From: an uncultured delta proteobacterium
GTDB taxonomy: Bacteria; Myxococcota_A; Polyangia; Fen-1088
NCBI GenBank assembly: GCA_963796685.1
Contig: CAWCMR010000013.1
Location: 636,605-700,604 of the forward strand
Direction of reading: 5' to 3'
Length of the DNA: 64,000 bases
Positions 34,401 to 43,485 of this stretch are shown piece by piece; within the stretch, counting starts at the first letter, position 1; each line of letters begins with the position of its first letter. The position numbers and the translations under genes are program-made. The notes below the pieces were generated by a model, which ran no database searches, had not been told where the DNA came from, and saw only the letters and a program-made list of their open reading frames with translations.

Positions 34401-35321
34401 TTCGCCATGCAAGCCCTGCGCGACGACCCGACCTGCGCAGCCGAAGAACAGGTCAGTCGCTGCGACGCCGCCGATCCGGGCCTGGTCCTGCGCCCGAGCT
34501 TCGATGCCCAGGCCGACGTGGCCCTGCCCTTCATCGTGGGCGGCGCGAAACCGCGCGTGGCCATCCTGCGCGAGCAAGGGGTGAACGGGCAGATCGAGAT
34601 GGCGGCGGCCTTCCACCGCGCCGGGTTCGAGCCCGTCGACGTCCATATGAGCGACATCCTGGCGGGCCACATCGAGCTGGCGGGATTCCGTGGCCTCGCG
34701 GCCTGCGGCGGTTTCTCCTACGGCGACGTCCTCGGGGCCGGCGAAGGCTGGGCCAAATCCATCTTGTACAGTCTGCGCGCCCGCACCGAGTTCGAGCGCT
34801 TCTTCGCCCGACCCGACACCTTCACGCTCGGCGTTTGCAACGGCTGCCAGATGGTCTCCAACTTGAAAGAGATCATTCCCGGTGCCGAACACTGGCCGCG
34901 CTTCGTGCGCAACCGCAGCGAGCAATTCGAGGCCCGCCTGGCCCAAGTGCGAATCGAGCAGAGCCCATCGGTGCTGCTGGCCGGCATGGCAGGATCGCTG
35001 CTTCCCATCGCCGTCGCCCATGGCGAAGGTCGCGCCGAATTTGCCTCGGCGGACGCGCATGCCGCCCTGGATCGCTCCGGCCTGGTGGCCGCCCGCTTCG
35101 TCGACCATCACGGCAACCCGACCGAGCACTATCCCGAAAATCCCAACGGCTCGCCGCGAGGGATCACCGCCATCACCACGCGAGACGGCCGTGCCTCCAT
35201 CGTCATGCCCCACCCCGAGCGCGTGTTTCGCAGCGTGCAGCTGTCGTGGCACCCCGACGACGCCGGCCATGACTCGCCCTGGATGCGCTTGTTTCGCAAC
35301 GCCAGGGTCTTCGTGGGCTGA
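31434..35321 (+). CDS. purL: Phosphoribosylformylglycinamidine synthase, single-chain large type
   Basis: [34 protein letters not shown] and MPHPER motifs. Confidence 0.96.
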   Translation: MTMLVLRGAPAFTPARLAKRLRRIQGQNPAIRDTVAEFVHFAEISEPLSSEERHVLDRLLRYGPRVEANKLDGLRLLVVPRLGTISPWSSKATDVAHNCGLHKVKRIERGIWYTLAGEITDDIALRAAIHDRMTESVLQREEEATQIFRHAEPQPLATVDVLGKGRAAIEAANASMGLALAADEIDYLVESFRALGRNPTDVELMMFAQANSEHCRHKIFNADFIIDGERQEKSLFKMIRRSTEASPAGVLSAYSDNAAVMEGPEAGLFFPDPKTGVYDFHREPVGILMKVETHNHPTAISPYPGAATGSGGEIRDEGATGRGSKPKAGLAGFSVSNLRLPDAVRPWEKDFGKPTRIASALDIMLEGPIGGAAFNNEFGRPNIAGYFRTFEMEVPGPHGREMRGYHKPIMIAGGFGNIRRSLVNKGEVPAGAAIIVLGGPAMLIGLGGGAASSMASGASEEELDFASVQRDNAEMQRRCQEVIDRCCALGEQSPIVSIHDVGAGGLSNALPELVNDSKRGARFELRKIPSDEPGMSPLEIWCNEAQERYVLAVAEDKLAAFEALCRRERCPFAVLGNATAEGRLQVTDTHFGNQPIDMPLSVLLGKPPKMVRDVKRAKVAQQAFATAGIDLREAITRVLRLPAVADKTFLITIGDRTVTGLIARDQMVGPWQVPVADAAVTATSYDTFTGEAMAMGERTPVALLDAAASVRLAVGEAITNIASAPIGDLGKIKLSANWMAPAGHPGEDARLVDAVRTVGEELAPALGIAIPVGKDSMSMSTVWHEGGKEKRVTAPLSLIVSAFAPATDIRRALTPQLRTDAGETELLLIDLGASKNRLGGSALAQVFGQLGEVPPDLDDPSLLKGFFAAIQELAAAQKILAYHDRSDGGLFVAVLEMAFAGGTGVCIDLPSGSDDVLASLFCEELGAVVQVRTSDAQEARACLARHGLGELVRACGRPAGANEIAIRRDGRVLYAERRSVLRGIWSETTFAMQALRDDPTCAAEEQVSRCDAADPGLVLRPSFDAQADVALPFIVGGAKPRVAILREQGVNGQIEMAAAFHRAGFEPVDVHMSDILAGHIELAGFRGLAACGGFSYGDVLGAGEGWAKSILYSLRARTEFERFFARPDTFTLGVCNGCQMVSNLKEIIPGAEHWPRFVRNRSEQFEARLAQVRIEQSPSVLLAGMAGSLLPIAVAHGEGRAEFASADAHAALDRSGLVAARFVDHHGNPTEHYPENPNGSPRGITAITTRDGRASIVMPHPERVFRSVQLSWHPDDAGHDSPWMRLFRNARVFVG

Positions 35322-35382
35322 GCAGGTTTCGATCCCCCGTCCCTTGATCCTGCTGGCCGGCGAGGTATAGCCTTGCCGTTAC

Positions 35383-36792
35383 GTGCTAAAGACTCACGCC
35401 ACTTTCCCCGTCAGTCACGGGCTCTATGCATTCTTGAAGGTCCTCTCCTCCCCTGGAGACGGGCCGGTTTACCTTGCGGCCTTGAGCGGCGGGACGAAGC
35501 CCTGGGTCATCAAGGCCCTGCCCCTGCAAGGGCCAGGCGCTGTGAATCTCGGCGTGCTCAAGGCGGAAACCAAGAAGCTCGCCCGAGCACACTCCACCCA
35601 TTTGGCGGCCCTGCGCGCCACCCCTGAAGTCGAGAGCGACGGCGGGTTCGTCATGGAGTACCTCCGTGGCAAGTCGCTGGCGGCGATTCGCGAGCGGACC
35701 GAGGAGTATACGGTGTTGCTCCCGACCGAGCTTGGTTTGGTCGTGGCCCACGACGCTTTCGCGGCGGCGGAGGCCTTCCACGCCTTCGACGGGGCCGGCA
35801 GGGTCCACGGCAACATTACCCCGCGCACGATCCTGGTTGGCTACTCGGGTGACGTGAAGGTCGCCGGCTATCGTCCGGGCTCTCACGTCTCGGCAGGAGT
35901 CGAGGAACACGTGGCAAGAGATCTGAGACCTCTGGCCAGCATCTTGTGCGACCTGCCCTTCGAGATGTTTCCGAAGGAGCTGACCAAGGTCGTGCCGCGC
36001 CTTCTCGAGGACCATGTCTCGGCGGTGGAGGCCATGGCGGCGGTGAGAGCCTTTCTGCACGAGCACGTGCCTTCAGCCCAGCACCGGCGAAGAGTCGCAG
36101 AGTGGCTGAAGGACATCTTCCTCGACCAATTCGACCACGAAGCCAAAGAAGAAGCACGGCTGCTGGCCAGCGCGTCGACCATGCTTTCGCCCCGGCCAGC
36201 GCTGCCCATGGCCAAGCGGGCGACCGTGCTAGGGGGAACGACGGCGATGCTGGCCCTTGTCGGCGGGGGCATCATGCTGATGTCGCATCGACGCCCCCTC
36301 CCGGCCCACTCGGAAGCCATGCGCGTCGAGAGCATACCGGCGGTGCAACAGAGTCAAGTCCTTCCGCCTGCAAGCCCGCCAAGCGTGCCTCCCATCCCAG
36401 CCATGCCGGTGCCGATGCCAGCGCCAGTCGCCCCAAACGATCCAGCGAGCGCCTCGGCGAGCCTCTCCAAGGCACAGCCGCCATCCGACACCCCGGACAG
36501 TCGCCCGGCAAGACGCGAGAGCGAGGAGTCGACCACCGAGCGTCTGCTAAGAGAGGCCGAGGCCGCCTTCGATGCCGGCAAGCGCATCGAAGCCATCAAT
36601 CTCGCGCTCCAGGCCGCCAACGCGGGCGGCGGCGTCCACGCTCATCTCGCCCTGGGCGAGTACTACCACAGCGTGCACCGCTACCAAGACGCCCTCAATC
36701 ACTATCGCGCCGCCCTCGAGATCGAGCCTGGCAACAAGCTCGCCCTGACAGGCATCAGGCTGCTCGAGAAGAAGATATCGCCCTGCCAGTAG
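35383..36792 (+). CDS. Truncated Ser/Thr pseudokinase - TM - Pro-rich linker - TPR protein
   Basis: VIK and VMEYLRGKSL are present. VHGNITPRTILV replaces HRD..P.N and KVAGY replaces DFG. TM near residue 285; C-terminal TPRs. Confidence 0.7.
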   Translation: MLKTHATFPVSHGLYAFLKVLSSPGDGPVYLAALSGGTKPWVIKALPLQGPGAVNLGVLKAETKKLARAHSTHLAALRATPEVESDGGFVMEYLRGKSLAAIRERTEEYTVLLPTELGLVVAHDAFAAAEAFHAFDGAGRVHGNITPRTILVGYSGDVKVAGYRPGSHVSAGVEEHVARDLRPLASILCDLPFEMFPKELTKVVPRLLEDHVSAVEAMAAVRAFLHEHVPSAQHRRRVAEWLKDIFLDQFDHEAKEEARLLASASTMLSPRPALPMAKRATVLGGTTAMLALVGGGIMLMSHRRPLPAHSEAMRVESIPAVQQSQVLPPASPPSVPPIPAMPVPMPAPVAPNDPASASASLSKAQPPSDTPDSRPARRESEESTTERLLREAEAAFDAGKRIEAINLALQAANAGGGVHAHLALGEYYHSVHRYQDALNHYRAALEIEPGNKLALTGIRLLEKKISPCQ

Positions 36793-36820
36793 TGGTGCCG
36801 TAGAAGAAGGATGAGGGTCG

Positions 36821-38944
36821 CTACTGCGCCCCGCAACCATTGGAAGCGGATGTGCAGGAGTTGAAGCCGCATGAGTTGGCGATTTGCGCACTGGTGTTTC
36901 CCGTTACCAGAACACCGGTTCCTGTGATGCTTCCGGAACAAGATACGCCGACGGGGTTGTTGGTCTCGACGGTCGCCAGGTTGAGAATCGTTGAACCGCT
37001 GGTGGGTAGGCTGTCCACCCGAATACCGCCCCAGAAAGTACCACCCGTGGTCTGACCCGGGCCGTTGCCCGTGATGACGGTGTTCTCGATGTCGAAGGCC
37101 GCGCCGTTGAGCAGAATGCCGCCACCGGGATTATCGATCACCGAGCAGGTGTCCATGTGGAGGAATGCTCCCGTGGCAGCGGCGATACCTGGATTCGACG
37201 GTGAGCCCGTCGACACGCTGCCATTCACGGTGAGGCTCCGCAGATAGACTTCGCCGGAGGCTACATCAATACCATCCGTGAATGCTGCTGGCGTGATGAT
37301 GGCACCCTTTCCAACAATGGTCAGTACGCCTGGCGTGGACACGCTGAATCCATCCGCCAAGGCTCCGGACAATACGACCAATGGTTTGGTGTTGGCCACT
37401 GCTGAATTGACTCCGGTTCGAGCAAGGCAGAACGGAGCAGATGCCGTGCCGCCACTGGTGCTACTCGAGCACCCTGTCTTGTTCACCACGTACACCGTCT
37501 CGGCATCGGTCGCGCAGTGACCGTCGAGGTTGGCCATGCACACGCCCGGGTACCCGGTCGTGCCCAGCTTCGCGACACACTCTGCATCCGCCGTGCAAGG
37601 CACGCAGGTATTCGCCGCGCCACAAATGGGAAGGGTCGCTGCCGCGCAATCGCTGCTCGCGGCACACTGGACGCACTGCCCGCTGAGGGTTCCGCTGGTC
37701 GCGCACGCCGGCTTGCTCGCCGATCGCGCCGCGCACGCCGTGGCCGCGGCGGTCTGGCAGCCGCCGCAGGCGTTGGCTACGCAGAAGCTCTTCGCCGCAT
37801 CCCCGCAGTCCGCATCGGCGGCACACTCGACGCACGTGCCGGACGCGGTCCCGCTGGTCGCGCACACCGGCTTGCTGGCCGAACGGTCGGAGCATGCCGT
37901 GGCCGCGGCGGTCTGGCAGCCGCCGCAGACGTTGGCCACACAGAAGCTCTTCGTCGCATCCGTGCAGTCCGCGTCGGCGGAGCACTCGACGCACGTGCCG
38001 GACGCCGTTCCGCTGGTCGCGCACACGGGCTTGCTGGCCAGCCTCGTGGAACATGCCGTGGCCGCGGCGGTCTGGCAGCCGCCGCAGACGTTGGCCACGC
38101 AGAAGCTCTTCGTCGGATCCTTACAGTCCGCGTCGGCGGAGCACTCGACACACGTGCCGGACGCCGTTCCGCTGGTCGCGCACACGGACTTGCTGGCCAG
38201 CCGCGTGGAACACGCGGTGGTCTCGGCGGTCTGGCAGCCGCCGCAGACGTTGGCCACGCAGAAGCTCTTTCCCGCGTCCTTGCAGTCGGTATCGGCCGCA
38301 CATTCCACGCACTGGCCGGCGGCTGCCCCGCTGGTCGCGCAGGTGGTCTTGCCGTCGCCGCGCGCGGCGCAGCCGGTGGCGCCCGGGGTCGCGCAGCCCG
38401 TGCAGGCGTTGGCCACGCAGAACCCCTTTGCCGCGTCCTTCGTACATTGGCTGTCCGCCGTACACTCCACACATCGTCCCGAAACGGCGTCGCAGACCAG
38501 CGCTCCACACGCGGCTGCGGCGGCTGCCTGGCACCCGACACACACGTTTCCAATACAGAACGGCAGGGTCGGATTGGGACAGTCGCTGTTCGCGCCACAT
38601 GTCCCCGCGCCATCCGGAACGTAGACATCGGGAACCACAGCGTCGACGATGCCCGAGTCCTCGGGAAGTCCCGCGTCGTCCGGCGCGGGCGCGTCGACGG
38701 TAACACCAGCCTCGCCTCCGGGGGCATCGACGGCGTCGCTCGCGGCATCGTACGCACCTGCACCGTCCATCGGCCCGGCGGCGCCATCGGGCGAGACACA
38801 GACAGCTCGCGCGACGTCGCAGATCCACCCGGCTGGGCAGTCGGCCGACTTCTGGCAATAGTCCGGAGTGGCCTCCGTGCAACCGAAGACAGCAAGGCCA
38901 CCCAAGAGAAACACACACGCCAACCTTGTCACTCGCGACGACAT
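36821..38944 (-). CDS. Cys-rich tandem-repeat lipoprotein with C-terminal beta-helix-like domain
   Basis: Lipobox LAVFGC, 53-aa Cys repeats, and a C-terminal N.GGGI-type parallel beta-helix pattern. Confidence 0.8.
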   Translation of the reverse strand: MSSRVTRLACVFLLGGLAVFGCTEATPDYCQKSADCPAGWICDVARAVCVSPDGAAGPMDGAGAYDAASDAVDAPGGEAGVTVDAPAPDDAGLPEDSGIVDAVVPDVYVPDGAGTCGANSDCPNPTLPFCIGNVCVGCQAAAAAACGALVCDAVSGRCVECTADSQCTKDAAKGFCVANACTGCATPGATGCAARGDGKTTCATSGAAAGQCVECAADTDCKDAGKSFCVANVCGGCQTAETTACSTRLASKSVCATSGTASGTCVECSADADCKDPTKSFCVANVCGGCQTAAATACSTRLASKPVCATSGTASGTCVECSADADCTDATKSFCVANVCGGCQTAAATACSDRSASKPVCATSGTASGTCVECAADADCGDAAKSFCVANACGGCQTAAATACAARSASKPACATSGTLSGQCVQCAASSDCAAATLPICGAANTCVPCTADAECVAKLGTTGYPGVCMANLDGHCATDAETVYVVNKTGCSSSTSGGTASAPFCLARTGVNSAVANTKPLVVLSGALADGFSVSTPGVLTIVGKGAIITPAAFTDGIDVASGEVYLRSLTVNGSVSTGSPSNPGIAAATGAFLHMDTCSVIDNPGGGILLNGAAFDIENTVITGNGPGQTTGGTFWGGIRVDSLPTSGSTILNLATVETNNPVGVSCSGSITGTGVLVTGNTSAQIANSCGFNSCTSASNGCGAQ
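37660..38460 (-). repeat. Intragenic 159-bp tandem repeat, about 5 copies
   Basis: cagaa(g/c) anchors at 37782, 37941, 38100, 38259 and 38418, exactly 159 bp apart. Confidence 0.9.
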
Positions 38945-39906
38945 CAGAAGCCTCCAGATAAAGATAGTGAAGATGCGGTGATATTCAGAGCCACGTGCGA
39001 ACCTCCCGAGCCGGGCGAAAATGCGATCAGTCCCACGAGCCCGGCGAGGGTAGCCAATCCGCCCCCGGCCACGAGGCCGATACCGGCAGCCGCGGTCTTG
39101 TATCGTCGTGCGCAGAGATCCTTGGGTGCCGCCAGGTCGCACGTTCCCTCGCCATCGAGGTGGACCAGGTAGATCCCGGAGCCAATCAACACCACTCCAC
39201 CCGCGATGGCGGTCAGCGAAAGGTACCGCGGCACGTACCACGACGGTTCGGGCCCGGGTGCGGGTGCGGGCTCGGCCAGGGAGGCCCGGCGCTCGAGAGC
39301 GGGGGGCGGCGGCGCGGGCGGGGTGAGGATCGTCGGCGGCGTGGGCTCGGCCGCGGCGACGGGCGCAGGTGGGGTCTTGATGAACTTGATGCGCTCGGCG
39401 ATCGTCGACGCCAGCAAGGAGGCGGTATGCTTGATCTCGCTCGGGTCGCAGCCCTTGCAATCGGTCTTCTCGCTCCACGCTTCGCGCCGGGGCACCGAAC
39501 GCACGACGATCATCGAGATGAGATAGTCCGGCTTCGAGCGCCGCGCGGGCCTCCTCGCGCTCTGCCTCACGCGGACGCGAACCTGCACCACCAAGTCGAT
39601 CTTGGCGGTCTCCGCCAGATCCTGCAGACACTCGATGCTTTCGCACTCCAAGACCTGCTCCACCTCTATGGGGTCGGTGATTGGCGTGAGGGTAATATCG
39701 GTTGCGGCAAGCGTGGAGATCACTTGGGAAAGGCCGGTCAAGACATGGGTGACGGCTCCGTCCTGCACGACATCGGCCAACTTGGGGGCCAGGCCGCTGG
39801 TGTCGATCGCGACGGCCACCGTGCTCGGGTTTCCGGCAAAGGCGAGCTGGCTGGCCAGGGCGAGAACAAGGGCAAAAAGCAAGGCGGCTGTCGTCGGCAT
39901 TCGCAT
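38944..39906 (-). CDS. Exported/membrane hypothetical protein coupled to the Cys-rich lipoprotein
   Basis: Signal peptide, C...CL motif, Pro-rich linker, two hydrophobic segments and terminal GGF. The stop overlaps the next start. Confidence 0.65.
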   Translation of the reverse strand: MRMPTTAALLFALVLALASQLAFAGNPSTVAVAIDTSGLAPKLADVVQDGAVTHVLTGLSQVISTLAATDITLTPITDPIEVEQVLECESIECLQDLAETAKIDLVVQVRVRVRQSARRPARRSKPDYLISMIVVRSVPRREAWSEKTDCKGCDPSEIKHTASLLASTIAERIKFIKTPPAPVAAAEPTPPTILTPPAPPPPALERRASLAEPAPAPGPEPSWYVPRYLSLTAIAGGVVLIGSGIYLVHLDGEGTCDLAAPKDLCARRYKTAAAGIGLVAGGGLATLAGLVGLIAFSPGSGGSHVALNITASSLSLSGGF

Positions 39907-40068
39907 GGTCTTTGGCCTACTGGGAAGTTCCTGGTTTCCGGTCCACAGCTTCTGGCGACGCAGGCTACCACTCTTCGGCGAGACCGCGAGCTTCACCCAC
40001 CGCAAAACGATCAGTTGCCCACCCCCTGTCCTTGCGCTTGGCCGCCGAAATCGAGCTATCATCCGCCC

Positions 40069-40686
40069 ATGCTGGCGACACTCGTTTGGACCTTGCTCGT
40101 TGCAGGTAGCCCCCCGGCCAAGCTCGAAGCCTCGGTCGGAAAGGAAATGACCGAGGCCATCGTCGCGGTCAACAAGGCCCTCGGCCTGGAGACATGGACC
40201 GCGCACGGCGGCGAAAAACCCTGCATCGACCGCGGCGGTCTCGAAGCCCTGGCCAAGGACGTCGGGCCCGACGAGACGCGGCAGTGCGCCTCCACGGCCA
40301 TCGCCAAGGGATTCCCCAATCTCGGACAAGAGTACGTGCTCGGCATCCCCATGGCGGACATCGGCCCCGTGACGGTCTTCGCCATCGGCATCGCAGACTC
40401 GGATGGCTGGGGGGCCTACTCGTGCGATCCGTCCCGCAGGTGCGCCCCCACCAAGCTCGGGTCGAGCTCCAAGCAGGCGAAGCGCTTGGTCGAACGCTAC
40501 CATCGCGCGTGCCAGGAGCCCAAGACGGTGTGGTTTCCGAATCGCGAGCGCGTCTGCGCCGGAACTCCGATGAACGCAACCCCCAATCCCATCCCGCCAC
40601 CGAAGGCGGCCAAGGCTCCCCCTGCCGGACGGAAGCCCGCGCCCAGCGAACCGCCCGCGCACGAGCCCTGGCCGGTCAAGGAATAA
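40069..40686 (+). CDS. Secreted hypothetical protein with six Cys
   Basis: MLATLVWTLLVAG N-terminus and GC3-rich codons. Confidence 0.6.
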   Translation: MLATLVWTLLVAGSPPAKLEASVGKEMTEAIVAVNKALGLETWTAHGGEKPCIDRGGLEALAKDVGPDETRQCASTAIAKGFPNLGQEYVLGIPMADIGPVTVFAIGIADSDGWGAYSCDPSRRCAPTKLGSSSKQAKRLVERYHRACQEPKTVWFPNRERVCAGTPMNATPNPIPPPKAAKAPPAGRKPAPSEPPAHEPWPVKE

Positions 40687-40886
40687 CGCATCCATCGGGG
40701 CGGGCGCTCTTTCATCCCACTTTTCCTACCGGCACGCCCTACCGGTACGCCGACGCTGCCATGCGCTGAATTCCGCGCGAAGGGTATCCGCGGTCACGAA
40801 ATTTGCAGTAGTCAACCAGGTTGGGCACGACTATTGTTCCCGCCCGAACGGTTCCGAGGAATTCATTCAGACGGAGATAAAGACCC

Positions 40887-42104
40887 ATGTCTAAATTGAC
40901 CGGCAAAGCTCTTGTCGCGCAGGGCGGTGGCCCGACCGCGGTCATCAACCAAAGCGTCGTAGGCGTCGTCCTCGAAGCACGCAGGTTCCCGCAAATCACC
41001 CACGTCTACGGCGCTCGCCACGGCGTGAGCGGCGTGCTCAAGGAAGACTTCCTCGACCTCTCCGAGGCCACCTTGCAGAACCTGGAAGACGTGGCCGTCA
41101 CCCCCGCTTCCGGTCTCGGCTCGACCCGCGACAAGCCCGACGTCGAGTACTGCAAAAAGATGTTCAAGGTCATGCAGGCGCACGACATCCGCTACTTCTT
41201 CTACTGCGGCGGCAACGACTCGTCCGACACCTGCCGCATCGTCAACGAGCAGGCCAAGGCCACCGGCTACGACCTCGTTTGCGTGCACGTGCCCAAGACC
41301 ATCGACAACGACCTGGCCGGCGGCACCAATCACTGCCCCGGCTTCGGCTCGGCGGCCAAGTTCGTGGGCCAGGCCTTCGCCGGCGCCAACATGGACAACC
41401 GCGCCCTGCCCGGCGTGTACATCGGCGTGGTCATGGGCCGCCACGCCGGCTTCCTCACCGCCGCCTCGGCGCTCGGCCGCAAGTTCGAGGACGACGGCCC
41501 GCACCTCATTTACCTGCCCGAGCGCGTGTTCGACGCCGACAAGTTCGTGGTCGACGTGCAGAAGGTCTACGACCAGTACGGCCGCTGCATCATCGCCGTT
41601 TCCGAGGGCGTCAGCGACAAGTCAGGCGCGCCCATCATCACCACGCTCAAGGGCTCGGAAAAGGACTCGCACGGCAACGTGCAGCTCTCGGGCACGGGCG
41701 CCCTCGGCGATCTGCTGGCCGACCTCATCAAAGCCAAGACCAAGATCAAGCGCGTTCGTGCCGACACCTTGGGCTACCTGCAGCGCTCGTTCCTCGGCTG
41801 CATCAGCAAGAGCGACGCCGAGGAAGCTCGCGCAGTCGGACAACGCGCGGTGCAGTTTGCCGCGATCCACGGCACAGCTGGTTCCGTGGCCATCAAGAGA
41901 ATCGGCGATTATGCCGTTACCTATGACTTGATCCCGCTCGAAGCCGTAGCCGCCAAGACCCGCCACATGGACGAGGCCTTCATCAACGCCGAAGGCAACA
42001 ATGTCACCGAGGCCTTCCTCAAGTACTGCCGCCCGCTCGCGGGCGAGATGCCGACCCAGGACCGCTTCCAGGCTCCTCCGGTCGCCAAGATCCTGAACAA
42101 GTAA
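40887..42104 (+). CDS. pfp: Phosphofructokinase, probably PPi-dependent
   Basis: QGGGPTAVIN, GGNDS (Asp at the PPi-specificity position), PKTIDND and MGRHAG motifs. Confidence 0.85.
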   Translation: MSKLTGKALVAQGGGPTAVINQSVVGVVLEARRFPQITHVYGARHGVSGVLKEDFLDLSEATLQNLEDVAVTPASGLGSTRDKPDVEYCKKMFKVMQAHDIRYFFYCGGNDSSDTCRIVNEQAKATGYDLVCVHVPKTIDNDLAGGTNHCPGFGSAAKFVGQAFAGANMDNRALPGVYIGVVMGRHAGFLTAASALGRKFEDDGPHLIYLPERVFDADKFVVDVQKVYDQYGRCIIAVSEGVSDKSGAPIITTLKGSEKDSHGNVQLSGTGALGDLLADLIKAKTKIKRVRADTLGYLQRSFLGCISKSDAEEARAVGQRAVQFAAIHGTAGSVAIKRIGDYAVTYDLIPLEAVAAKTRHMDEAFINAEGNNVTEAFLKYCRPLAGEMPTQDRFQAPPVAKILNK

Positions 42105-42129
42105 CCACTGGACCAAGGAGCGAAGCGAT

Positions 42130-43146
42130 ATGTCTGAGAATGCTCTCTATAAGGAAATCGGGCTCGTTAATACCAAATCCATGTTCAAGGCAGCCATGGC
42201 GGGCAAGTTCGCCGTGCCGGCCTACAACTTCAACAACATGGAGCAGCTGCAGGCCATCGTGCTCGGCTGCGTGGCCTCCGACTCGCCCTTCATCCTGCAA
42301 GTCAGCTCGGGCGCGCGCAAGTACGCCGACCAGACCCTCTTGCGCTACATGGCCCAGGGCGCGGTCGAGATGATCAAGGCGGCCAAAAGCCCGCTCAAGT
42401 TCGCTTTGCACCTCGACCATGGCGACACCTTCGAGCTTTGCAAGTCGTGCATCGAGACCGGCTTCTCGTCGGTCATGATCGACGGCTCGCACCACCCGTA
42501 CGAGAAGAACATCGAGGAGACGCGCAAGGTCGTCGAGTACGCCCACAAGTACGACGTCACGGTCGAGGGCGAGCTGGGCGTGCTGGCCGGCATCGAGGAC
42601 GACGTGGTGGCCGCCAAGTCGGTCTACACGCACCCCGATCAGGTCGAGGATTTCGTGAAGAAGACTGGCGTGGATTCGCTGGCCATCTCCATCGGGACCT
42701 CGCACGGCGCCTACAAGTTCAAGCCCGCGCAGTGCACGCGCAACAAGGAAGGCATCCTCGAGCCCCCGCCCCTCCGCTTCGACATTCTGGAAGAGATCGA
42801 GAAGCGCATCCCCGGCTTCCCCATCGTGCTCCACGGCGCCTCCTCGGTGGTGCTCAAGTACGTCGACATGATCAACCAGTATGGCGGCAAGCTCGACAAC
42901 GCCGTCGGCATCCCGGAGAACCAGCTACGCAAGGCCGCTACTTCGGCGGTGTGCAAGATCAACATCGACTCCGACGGCCGTCTGGCCATGACCGCCGCCA
43001 TCCGCAAGGCCTTCGCCGAGAACCCGAAGGAGTTCGACCCCCGCAAGTACCTCGGCCCCGCTCGTGACGAGCTCAAGACCCTCATCATCGAGAAGAACAA
43101 GAATGTTCTAGGGTCTGCTGGTCACGGGAAAGAGATTTACGGCTAG
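42130..43146 (+). CDS. fba: Class II fructose-bisphosphate aldolase
   Basis: LHLDHG, SSVMIDGS, VEGELG, GTSHGAYK and VLHGASS motifs. Confidence 0.93.
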   Translation: MSENALYKEIGLVNTKSMFKAAMAGKFAVPAYNFNNMEQLQAIVLGCVASDSPFILQVSSGARKYADQTLLRYMAQGAVEMIKAAKSPLKFALHLDHGDTFELCKSCIETGFSSVMIDGSHHPYEKNIEETRKVVEYAHKYDVTVEGELGVLAGIEDDVVAAKSVYTHPDQVEDFVKKTGVDSLAISIGTSHGAYKFKPAQCTRNKEGILEPPPLRFDILEEIEKRIPGFPIVLHGASSVVLKYVDMINQYGGKLDNAVGIPENQLRKAATSAVCKINIDSDGRLAMTAAIRKAFAENPKEFDPRKYLGPARDELKTLIIEKNKNVLGSAGHGKEIYG

Positions 43147-43187
43147 GAGAGAGCGCAGAGGCGGGATGATCGTGATGGGAACCCTAG

Positions 43188-43403
43188 GAGGGTTCCCAAA
43201 CCCTCCCGCGCTCTGGCTTCGGCGGTCAAAGCCCGCCTCCGCCAACGCGATCCGCTCCGAGCAATCGCATTCATTCTAGGGGCACGGCAGGGCAACCTGA
43301 CCGTGCCTTTTGTGTATTATGCGGGGCCAGCGACCGGTCAATCGCATGGGGCTTGGCGGGCTTTGCTCGACGAGCCCCTTCGCGGAAGGGTTTGGGAACC
43401 CTC
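43188..43403. repeat. ~215-bp palindromic (MITE/REPIN-like) element
   Basis: 23-bp IR with one mismatch (43188-43210 / 43381-43403) plus an inner 11-bp IR caaagcccgcc (43227-43237 / 43355-43365). Confidence 0.7.
43279..43313 (+). terminator. Intrinsic terminator downstream of pfp-fba
   Basis: ggcacggcagg-gcaa-cctgaccgtgcc stem followed by tttt. Confidence 0.55.
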
Positions 43404-43485
43404 GCAGTACCGCCGCCGGGCCGATGGCCCGGATCCTTCAGGCATGAAACGTGACTGCCACCCGCCTCGCTGCGCTCGGCGACCT

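Noticed and set aside
31365-35270. Long antisense and alternate-frame ORFs here and throughout the window
   Set aside because: These are shadow ORFs expected in high-GC DNA opposite well-supported genes.
37660-38460. Possible CRISPR array or DGR template/variable repeats
   Set aside because: The repeats are in-frame 159-bp coding units with no unique spacers, no cas genes and no evident adenine-specific variation.
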